From NCBI GenBank assembly GCA_039545335.1, contig BCIN01000006.1:1358943-1378942 (forward strand): a stretch of 20,000 nt of DNA, given 5' to 3'. The notes beneath the pieces were generated by a model that did not search any database, had not been told where the DNA came from, and was given only the letters and a program-made list of their open reading frames with translations. How positions within the stretch are numbered: position 1 is the stretch's first letter; every line of letters begins with the position of its first letter. Position numbers and translations under genes: made by a program. This DNA comes from Kondoa subrosea. Lineage: Eukaryota. Below are positions 9,482-19,697 of the stretch, piece after piece.

Positions 9482-12400
9482 ATGGCCTCCACGTCGCCTC
9501 TGGCATTATTGGCTGCATACACAAAAGGTGTCCGAGCTTGGTTTCCCGACAGTCAGCACGCGTGGGTTGGAGCAGAGCTCAAGACTACCGAAGTCAGTAG
9601 CACTAAACAGCCCGCACCTGGATTGAAAGTGGTGATCAACAGATTACTGAGAGTGCTGTGAAATTGGTTTTTGAAGATGCTAAAGGCAAAGTGGGTCTGA
9701 CTGCACAGACATATGGGCTCGTCTGATAGTCCAGTAGCTTCACGTCTACCAAAGCCAATTGGCAGAAGTACACGAAAGCACGGATCCAAGTCTTTCAGGT
9801 TTACCACCGCTTCGAAACCCTCCTTTGCTGGAACAGACCGAAGACCTCACAAATCTGAGTCATCTCAACGAACCAAGCGGTGCTTCGATACCTTTTCATT
9901 GCAATGATTTCTGCTGATCAGGATCGCTGCAGTTTTACATTCCATTGGATTGCGTTACCAATCGCAGCAGATCTACACTTACAGTGGCATTGTCCTGGTT
10001 GCTGTCAACCCTTTCACTTCTGTCCCTTTGTACACCAATGATTATGTGAAAATGTACACCGGCAAGCGGAAAGGTGAGCTGGATCCGCATCTTTTCGCCA
10101 TTGCGGAAGATGCATATCGCTGCATGATCCGTGATTCAAAGAATCAGACTGTCATTGTGAGCGGCGAGAGTGGTGCCGGCAAAACGGTATCAGCGAAGTA
10201 CATCATGCGCTATTTTGCCTCTGTCGATCAGCCAAATGTTTCAGATACAAGCGGCGCTCAACACAAAGCAGATTCCGAAATGTCTGCAGTAGAACGTCAG
10301 ATTCTGGCCACAAACCCGATCATGGAAGCTTTCGGAAATGCCAAAACTACTCGCAATGACAATTCATCGCGTTTTGGCAAGTACATCGAGGTAAGTCTGC
10401 CTAGTTCTTTTTATGAAAACATCCAATACTTTATCAGATCCTTTTCGACAAATCAGCTACAATCATTGGCGCCCGCATACGGACGTACTTGCTGGAGCGT
10501 TCACGATTAGTGTACCAGGCTGAAACAGAGCGGAATTACCACATCTTCTACCAGTTGCTGGTTGGGGCGTCGCCTTCAGATCGCAGCTCCTTTGGCCTTG
10601 CAGAGGCGAAAGCTTTCAAGTTTCTCAATCAGGGCGGGTCTTCTGCGTACAGCATTCCTGGCGTTGATGATGCTGAAGAGTTCCGTACTACTCAGACTGC
10701 ACTAGGGGTTGTTGGGATCACGTCTCAGCGACAATGGCAGATATTTGCTTTACTGGCCGCATTATTACATCTGGGCAACATTGAAATTGGCCAGAACCGC
10801 ACCGAAGCCCTTCTCGATGATAACGATCTCAGCATGTCAATGGCAACCAAGCTACTAGGAATACAAAACCTTGATTTTAAAAAGTGGCTAATCAAGAAGC
10901 AGATCGTGACACGAAGCGAAAAGATCACAACATCCCTGAGCGCAAGTCAAGCAAGCACAGTGAGGGATTCGGTAGCCAAATATATTTACTGCATGCTCTT
11001 CGACTGGTTGGTCGGCGTCATCAACGACAGCCTCGCCGCATCCATTGATGAACAGGCAACCTTCATAGGTGTCCTTGATATCTATGGTTTCGAGCATTTC
11101 AAGGTGTGTATTATCGCTCTGCATCGGAAACCAATCTTGTTTGAACCCGAGCTCGAATTAGACCAATTCCTTCGAGCAGTTTTGCATCAACTACGCAAAT
11201 GAAAAATTACAGCAAGAATTTACTGCGCATGTCTTCAAATTAGAACAAGAAGAATATGTATCAGAGAAGATAACATGGACCTTCATCGATTTCAGTGACA
11301 ATCAGCCGTGTATCGACATGATTGAAGGGAAATTAGGTGTGCTTGCTCTCTTGGATGAAGAATCGCGCCTACCGTCCGGTTCGGATGACTCCTTCGCTCA
11401 AAAGCTTTATAGTCAATTATTGAAGCCGGGATCCAAGTTTTTCAAAAAGCCACGATTTGGCAAGACTGCTTTTACAATCAATCACTATGCTCTTGAAGTG
11501 ACCTATGAAACCGAAGGTTTCTTAGAGAAGAACAGAGACACCGTTCCGGATGAGCATATCGCCTTGCTGGTAGCAACAACTAATTCCTTTTTGAAAGAGG
11601 TCATCGATCGTTCGCTGAACAAAGCCACTGAGAAGTTTGCTACGGGCATGGAGGATATCTCCGGCTTGTCTAACAACAAGCGGTCATCATCAATCGTGCC
11701 TGGTCTTCGGAAGACCGGCATGGCGACAAGCAGCAGAAAACCTACATTGGGCTCAATCTTCAAGTCGAGCTTGGGAAACCTCATGGAAACCGTTGACTCT
11801 ACGAATGCTCATTACATCAGATGTATTAAACCGAACGAAAACAAAACAGCCTGGGGATTCGAACCTCATATGGTTCTTAGTCAACTGCGGGCCTGCGGTG
11901 TCCTGGAGACAATCCGAATCAGTTGCGCTGGTTATCCGACTCGCTGGACATTTGATGAATTTGCAGAGCGGTCAGCATATTCTGTGCCTGCGCAATGAAT
12001 TTCTTTGTTCAATGCAGCTTTAATTACAGTTATTATATGCTTGTAAACTCGGCACATTGGGGTCCTGAGATACAACAACTCTGTACTGTCATTTTGCACA
12101 CCACTATCACAGCGGATGACAAATATCAGATTGGTCTGACCAAGCTCTTCTTTCGGGCCGGCATGTTGGCTCAACTGGAAAGGATTCGGTCTGATAGGCT
12201 CAATTATCTTGTCACTCTGATTCAAAAAAATATGCTCCGGATGGTCAAGAGAAGACAATTTCTTGCGCTAAGAACAGCCATTGTGCAAATGCAGTCTTCT
12301 TGGCGTCGTATCGAAGCCAGTCGTCGCATCAACAATCTTCGACTCAGAAAGGCAGCTGTCTTCCTACAGAGCATGATCCGAGGTCACATCCAGCGATCTC

Positions 12401-15203
12401 GACGGAATCATGTATTGCGGATGATAGTACAAGTACAAGCATGTACCTGTTGTCCCCATCTGCATGATTACTGTACTTACGTCCCGTCTGGTAGGTGTCC
12501 GAGGACGTCAGCGAAGACTGCAATTGTCGGAAGGTGTGTATGAGCGGACAGTCGTCCGGCTGCAGAGCCTCGTCCGCGGACAGTGAGTACTCCTAAAATT
12601 TGTTGTACCCGTATCGGCTGAGAATACTTCCCAGCTGCGTACGCCAAGTCGTGTCTACAGACCGAAATCGGATAGTCTACATTCAATCTTGTTTCCGTCG
12701 CCGAATGGCCAGGAAGCGGTTTGCAAGTCTAAAGCTAGAGGCGCGATCTGCGGTGCATTTCAAAGAAGTTTCGTACAAGCTGGAAAACAAAGTGGTTGAG
12801 TTAACTCAAACCCTCCAGCGCCGCACTTCCGAAAACAAAGCCTTGCAGACGAAACTGCTATCTCTCGAAGTACAGCTGCAAACCTGGGCAGCTAAATACA
12901 ATGAAGCAAGTAATCAAACTAAAGAACTAGAAAACCAGATCGCACAGCCTATCACTAGTCTGCCAGAATTTGCCCTTCTAGAGGACGCAAGAAAAGACCT
13001 GGACTACAAATTAGCAGAGTCTCTACGCAAGATTGAAACTCAGGAGTCGGTCATTCGTGCTGAACCAGCTTACCCCTTTTGAGAAACAATAATACAGGTT
13101 ACAGATCAAACGATTGCTTCAAGAATCCGCTGAGCGTAATTCAGAATCCGAACAAGTAGCTGCTCAGCACTCAACAAACATCAAGCAAGCAGAGGACGAA
13201 TCTGTCGTAGCAGGTCTGCGACAGGAGCTGGCAATGCTACGTGATCAACTCGGCAGAGTAGTTGCACTGAATAACGCTGGGCTATCCGTCCGCGGTGATC
13301 CGACATTCCACATGGCCACCGGTAGCATGAAATCTCTTGACGCCAGTCCAGGTTCGTCGGTTCCAGCCAAAAGAAAAGGCGAGAGGCCGGTTCCAGTCAA
13401 TCACAAATCGACCGAAATTTCCAATTCTGATAGATCCAGGTCGCCGATCGACCTCGCTGTGCTTGGGAATGGTGCCGGGTCGACTCTTGATCAAGCTACG
13501 CACCTGGACTCGTTCCAAGAGCCGACTTTGGCAATCATGGAGATATTAGAAGACGAAGAGGCTCTTGATGCCGACGTCCTTCTAGGTCTAATCAAGCACT
13601 TGAAAATTCCCAGCCCCAGCCTGACTAATCCACCTTTCGCCAAAGAAGTACTGTTTCCAGCACATCTCATCAGTCTGGTCACCAACGAAATGTGGAAATA
13701 TGGCTTCATGCAAGAGAGCGAACGCTTTCTCGCTAACGTTATGCAACATATTCAGCAACACGCAATGGTACGCTGCTTGCCTCACAATTCTCAACCTTGC
13801 TCGTCTGATACCTTGTGCCAGAGTTTTCAAGGCGATTATGCAATTCAGCCAGGTGTATTCTGGCTATCAAATGTCCATGAAATTTTTTCTTTCGTTTGCA
13901 TTGCCGAGAGCGACATCCTGCAAGGAATAGGTCCGGGCATCGACGGCGCAGGCCGAGACTTTGATTGGGACGACTACGAACGTTTGGTTGGTATCGTCAA
14001 ACATGATCTCGATAGCTTGGAATACAACATTTACCACACTTGGATCCAAGAGGTCAAGAAGAAATTAAGTAGGATGATAGTTCCTGCTTTAATTGAGTCA
14101 CAGTCGCTACCCGGTTTCGTAACAAGCGATGGTGGTGGTCGTCTCTTCAATCGATTACTCCAGACAAATACCGCACCGACATCTTCTATGGATGATTTGC
14201 TCAACATCTTGAATCAGGTCTGGAAATGTCTGAAAGTGTACTACGTGGAACAAAGTGTCGTTCAGCAAGTGACAACAGAATTGCTGCGACTTGTCGGAGT
14301 AGTCAGCTTCAATGATTTGGTCATGCGACGGAACTTTTGCTCCTGGAAACGAGGTACACCTCTATAGCTAAGGTTTATTATGTTTGTCGCCTCATCATGT
14401 CCTCTTTAGCCATGCAGATCCAGTACAATATCACGAGGTGAGTATGCATATCCGTCTCGATCTGCATCTAATGCTCTATAATCAGGCTCGAAGAATGGTG
14501 CAAAAGTCATGTGAGTACATGTTCCGCGTGTTCATAAAATCTGTTGATCTTGTGATGCAGGATATTCCGGAGGCCACTCTGCAGCTAGAACATCTGATGC
14601 AGGCCACTAAGCTGTTACAGCTCAAAAAGGCAACTGTTCAGGATATCGAGATTGTTCAGGACGTAAGTCGGCATTCTCGCCAGATGATGATTTACTGAAT
14701 TATCTGATTTCAGGTTTGTTGGATGTCAGTAGTATCTTCTGTACACTATCTCCTTCCAGCTGATCTACTGCAATCTACCTTACAGGTTGACACCTTCGCA
14801 AATACACCGGTTAATTGCAAATTATTATGTAGGTGGCACTATGCATATTCAGTAGCGGTACGCTGATTATGTGTAGGTTGCTGACTACGAGGTTGATTGC
14901 TTTCTTCTATTGACGGAGTCTATGCCTACTAAATATCATTTCAGTCGCCAATTGCACCGGAAATACTCCGCGAAGTTTCCTCAAGAGTCGTGCCAGGCGA
15001 CAAAACAGATCATCTGCTTCTGCCGCCCGAAGATGTCACTGGAGGCCCTTATGAGACACCTCTGCCTCGAGCAATTGCAGGTCTAGAAACATATATTCCT
15101 ACCAGGTTTGTTGCTGGTCCTCCAGTCTCTGCTGTTCAAGCTCAACATATGTGACAGTCTACAACTACCCGCTCTCAAAAGATTGACTCAGTGTGTCTGC
15201 TAG
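9482..15203 (+). CDS. MYO2: Class V myosin (SH3-like N-term, motor, six IQ motifs, coiled coil, DIL cargo domain); about 18 introns
   Basis: [37 protein letters not shown]-loop SGESGAGKT, switch [10 protein letters not shown], switch [17 protein letters not shown] and [13 protein letters not shown]. Six IQ repeats (about 12210-12720), [16 protein letters not shown], and DIL region [49 protein letters not shown]. All introns phase-compatible. TAG at 15201-15203. Confidence 0.97.
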
Positions 15204-15278
15204 GGAACAGAGGACTTTTCAATTTGTGCGAATTGTGACATAGCAGTGTAATCTACGTGCCTCACTCTCTCGGCCGCC

Positions 15279-17270
15279 ATGTTGGTTGTATGCTTGGACC
15301 GATGTATGCTTGGACCAACGAGAAAGACTACTGTCTGCTGTCAATCGCCGCGAATACAATGAACAGCACGAAAATGAGGAAGCGACTGCTATTGAAAGAG
15401 TCCGCAAAACGCTCGCAAAGCTACAGAGCAGAAGCAAGCTGGGCCCTTTGTCGAGCATAGAAGCTTCGCACCTGCTGATGTCGGCGTCACTGGATCTGCG
15501 TCAACTCAGACACTTTCGTGTCGACGAACAACATGACAAACATCTTACTCTCGAATGGCTTTTTTACGCCAAACATGACTATTGAGATCTATGTGTCCAT
15601 ACTCCAAGATCTATTCACACAAGCCGAAAGTATGCAAAGTGAGATCCAGTTTTGGCAAAGGATCGAAGTTTCGGCTACATCTAGTTATGTGTACTTCTTG
15701 CAAAGTAAGCGGCCGTGCTTGATCTTTATGTGTAGCTGAATCGAAAGCACGTAGCTCTTCCTCAGCGCTTATGTGCTGCAGCGTTGACGAGGTATCACGT
15801 CATGCTCAGAGGATTTGAGCCCGACGCCCATGCCAAGGTAGCAAAAGGACGCCATTCCTCCTACATTGTCGCTCTCATGTTTCCCTTTCTCCTGAGTCGG
15901 CGTAATATGGCGCCATCATATATGCTCCTCTCTCTTTCCCCTCGCTTCTTCATCTGTCAAGAAGCCCGCAAAAAACGAAAAGCCCTTGAAATCGCTTTCG
16001 AAGACATCACGGAGCGAATAGGTTTCTTGGCGGTTCATCTGCAGGCGCCCAAAATACTCGATTCGTTGGAAAATGTCGAGGATGGCGTCTTTGTCACTGC
16101 TCTGGACGGTCTGGTCTGTCGCCTACGTGATACCTTCATGGCTGTTGAAAAACGACCTCGTGCATGGTGTAGAATGACAATAGAACGTCCCACTGATATG
16201 GGTCTGGTGCTATCTGCAGTTCTGTCAGGTGGTTGGAACGATTTCAAGAGTTCAATAGATAGCGCTATTGATGAGCTCTCGCGCCCGGCCATGCCCGTCC
16301 GCTTCTGGCCTACGTGTATATTGGTACCATCCATCGCTTACTTAGCGTTCTCAAGATTGAACAAGTGTGGTTAGATGCGCAACAGACTCTTAAGGGATTC
16401 TTTTTGGCCTGGGTTCTAGAACCACTTCGACACGTGCTCAAGACAATACGCTATGGTCAGGATGATACTTTGGCGCTTATGGGTGCTGGAAGCCTTGATA
16501 GCGATCTGGCCAGTTTGGAACGCATGGTTGCGGAATTTGGTCGAGACATGTGTGGCTGCAGCGAGGAGCAAGTGCTGGCCATGGGTAGAAGAGTGCGAGA
16601 GGGAGACATGACGGCCGTGATGCAAGTCTGGGAGCGCGAAATCAAGGTGCGTCNAGATTTCGTCGAGGGAAAACACGAAANTAATGGCCTTTTTCGCAGT
16701 CTCCTTTGATGTCTGCTGTCGCTGGATCGCTCATCCGGGTGCTGCTCATTCAAGTTCAAAAGGTCAAGGTTGATTTGGCTTTGGCGATGAGCGGCTTGGA
16801 AAAACTGCTCCGCAGCGTACGTTCTTTGGCAGTCTTAATTTTGCGGGACAAGCTTATCCGTAATATTCCAAAAGCAATCGCTGACATTTGCGTTTGTGTC
16901 CATCGCGCCCTCTATACTTGTGCTCTATGGTCTGGCATCATGGTGTCGCACTCTTGTCTACCGCGACTCGAGTTTATGTAATCAACATCGCAAGCTGTGG
17001 TCGACCTTCCGCTCACTCGATCTGCTACTGAGGCGAGATGATTACAACGATTCCCAGGCCACCAAGGCCGCCCGATTGGGTCATGTTCTGCTGCACACCG
17101 CCCGACTTCGCGTTCTTGCAGGCAAGCACCTCGCGTTCCGCAACAGGACATTGAACATAGAACTGTTCAACGATGTTCGATTGCTGGAAGATGCCATCGA
17201 GACAAAAGCCAAGCGAAGTGTATTGAAGCGCATCTGGGTCTCATTCGGCCGGACTTTGTCGCTGCATTGA
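15279..17270 (+). pseudogene. NCA2: NCA2 (nuclear control of ATPase 2) homologue, frameshifted as assembled
   Basis: Motifs LEWLFYAK / MTIEIYVSILQDL..FWQRIE..YFLQTLPQRL, RPAMPVRFWP, DAQQTLKGFFLAWVLEPL, SLDSDLASLERMVAEF, VREGDMTAVMQVWEREIKSPL and LIRVLLIQVQKVKVDLALAMSGLEKLLRSQSLTFAFVSIAPS. Introns 15705-15754, 16647-16699 and about 16817-16874. Frame breaks at about 15574 and 16355 with no plausible intron. Identity is confident; pseudogene versus assembly error is not. Confidence 0.8.
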
Positions 17271-17487
17271 CTATACCGAATGAGCAGGCGATGCGATCAG
17301 CAGGCAGCTAAAATCGGTGGCTAAATTCATCTAGAGGTCCTCGGTCATCGGAATGTCACCTAACCCTTTGATACTCTGCTATTTGCCCGACACACGAAAA
17401 TGCTGCTGAAGGGCCTGTATGCAACAAGCTTGGCTAACATTCTATATGTGAGAGTAAGATAAATCGGGCTGCTAAATTTCTCAGACT

Positions 17488-17748
17488 TGTTGGAATACAA
17501 GTATAGGATGAGAAGAAAAGCAGGAAAAAAGAGAAAACTCGAGTCCTACGTACAACTAGAGAAACGAGTCTGGACCAATCGCATCGCGCTTGATGAAGTA
17601 AAGTATCTGACGCGTACGATGACGTGATTCGAAGTCGTATAGGAGAGGTCGTGACGCGATGAAATGACGCGACGAGTAGATGACGCATACGCAAGAAGAT
17701 GGAGGGGAACAGTTTTGAGAGACTTGTAACGACCATCGACTTCCAAGA
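17488..17748 (-). mobile_element. Copia-type LTR, copy A (internally shorter) with adjacent polypurine tract
   Basis: Aligns to the LTR at 19345-19687 but lacks an ~80 bp block. Ends TGTTG...CAAGA (degenerate CAACA). Minus-strand PPT AAGGAGGGG at 17757-17749. No 5-bp TSD. Confidence 0.8.
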
Positions 17749-17849
17749 CCCCTCCTTGGTCAACTATGATTCCGGGGAGACTGAGACATCCCCTCTCCTT
17801 CTCCTCAGCATGATTTGATTGATGTTCAAATCCCGAAGTCGCTGTTGAG

Positions 17850-19300
17850 ACTTGCTTGCGACGCTGAAGTCTTCTCTATGGATGTCACTGGTCCGCAAGC
17901 TTCTCCTGGTCCTGCTACCTACATTCATGCACAATTCGAATCGAGGTAAATTAGAGAAGCCATTGCCCTGCAAACTTGGTAACAAAAACAATACCTATTA
18001 TGTCCTATTTTAGTTTGTTTAAGATTTCGACTTTGGAGATATCAAACTGAGTCTTTGTCCTTTTTACGTGTATCTTGTCACTAAATACGATGTGATCTTA
18101 GATGTGATTCCAGGCACTGTTATTCTTCGTGATGCTCGAGTCCTCCAATCTTCCTCTTATTTCTCTTGTCTCTGCTCTCGATGTCGAGCCATCTACTTGC
18201 TCTGTTGAAGAACTTCTTGCTCTCGGGTTCTGCAAAGATGTCATGCCTGAGAACGTCAAAGAGCGCATATTCTCTGCTTATGCTGAATTATCCTTTATTT
18301 CCCCTGCCGAATTGGATCAAAGTGATTTATTTAGCTGAGTTTTTTCTTTTAAAAAAATCGCTTGCATCGCATCTGTGATTGCTGACGAAGATCCCGACCT
18401 AAATACCTCTGGCATAGATCCTGCTTTTCGGAAGAAGACATCCATTTGGACGCTGAACTCAAAAAGCTCTTCTTCGAATTTGCAGACGTCTGATGGACCA
18501 TACAAAAACCATCATCCTTCACTACACTAGTCCGTTAAGCATTTTAACCTTATCAGTCAAAATTGTATTCCTTTTTGGCGCAAACCATTGAGGGATCACG
18601 AAAGATGTCTGTGATTAACGGCACAGCCCTATCACTTCCGCAAACCTCGTCTCATTCTGTCTCGTTCTCTACAGCCGATTAAATCTGCATTGAGTTACAG
18701 GATGTAAAGCAGCACGTTGAGGTCAGAGTTGAAGGTCGAAGCGAGAACTTTTAGGGCGAGACACTTCTTCTTCTCTTAGCAATAGCTTAGAGAGCTGTAT
18801 CTCGCAGAGCACTATCATTCTCTGAATGAGTCTAGTAAAATTAGGCTAAACCGATAGATCAAAAAGTACTCCGAAGCACTCTTGATGGTACCGAAATAGC
18901 ATATTCGAACAGAGTTCATGACTTGTTTATGACTTGTTTGCCATAATCAAAAGATCGCGATCAAGTATACGTACGATGCCTCGGCAACGCAAGGCCCAGT
19001 CTTCTTGGTCCTCTCTGCTTCATCTTTTGTCGTTCTACCGAGACTGTGCCGAGTTTGTAGAACGTTTCTGGCGAGCCGCTTTATTGGATTTGCGCTCGCG
19101 ATCCGAACTTCATGTGTGCTGCCTTTCAGAAACTTGCGAAGAAGATAGGTGGTCTTGATCAATTTGCTTCTACCGCTTGGTGGATATCAAGGATTTTAGG
19201 AAGAATATTCATCCTTGCTTTTGATGGAGAAATTTATTACCAACGAAGACGAGCGCTACCAGCGTCAAGCCTTATTATAAACTCAGCTGAATTTGCGCTA
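17850..19300 (+). mobile_element. Degenerate Ty3/gypsy pol fragment (protease, linker, RT, thumb)
   Basis: Fragments in the expected order across shifting frames: LEKPLPCKLG..PFYVYLVTKYDVIL (retropepsin end), LKKLFFEFADV, VKHFNLISQNCIPFWRKPLR (pre-RT), INGTALSLP..IELQDVKQH (RT start) and EPLYWICARDPNF.CAAFQKLAKKI (thumb/connection). Many stops and deletions. Confidence 0.65.
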
Positions 19301-19344
19301 CATTTTGCTAATATGAACAGAGCTGCTAGACTTCTTCTCAGACT

Positions 19345-19687
19345 TGTTGGAATACAAGTATAGAACGAGAAGAAAAGCAAGAAGAAAGAGAAAACTCGAG
19401 TTTTATGTACAGCTACCAGCCCAGATTGAAATCATACGACCCGGTACATCCCGATGTGGCAACCGTTGATATTGGAATGAGTCTCGACCGTTCATATCGA
19501 AATGAGTCCTGACCAATCGCGTCGCGCTTGATGAAGTAAAGTACGTGACGTGTAGGATGACGTGACGCGAAGTCGTGTAGAAAAAGACGTGACGCGTTGA
19601 AGTGACGCGACGTGTTGAGATGACGCGTGGGAAAGAAGATGCAGAGAGGAAGTTTGTGAGAGTTGTGACGACCATTGACTTACAACA
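19345..19687 (-). mobile_element. 3' LTR (copy B, 343 bp) of a Ty1/copia element
   Basis: Terminal inverted repeat TGTTG...CAACA. On the minus strand it directly follows the RNase H stop and the purine-rich GAATGGGAG (19696-19688). Confidence 0.85.
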
Positions 19688-19697
19688 CTCCCATTCG

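Noticed and set aside
15559..15577. Programmed ribosomal frameshift in NCA2 at CTTTTTTAC..AAAC
   Set aside because: A second independent frame break and a 5' duplication make decay or assembly error more parsimonious. No stimulatory structure seen.
1..17270. Many antisense and alternate-frame ORFs of 60-140 aa in the ORF track
   Set aside because: They are shadows of, or intron read-throughs from, the identified genes and have no independent motifs.
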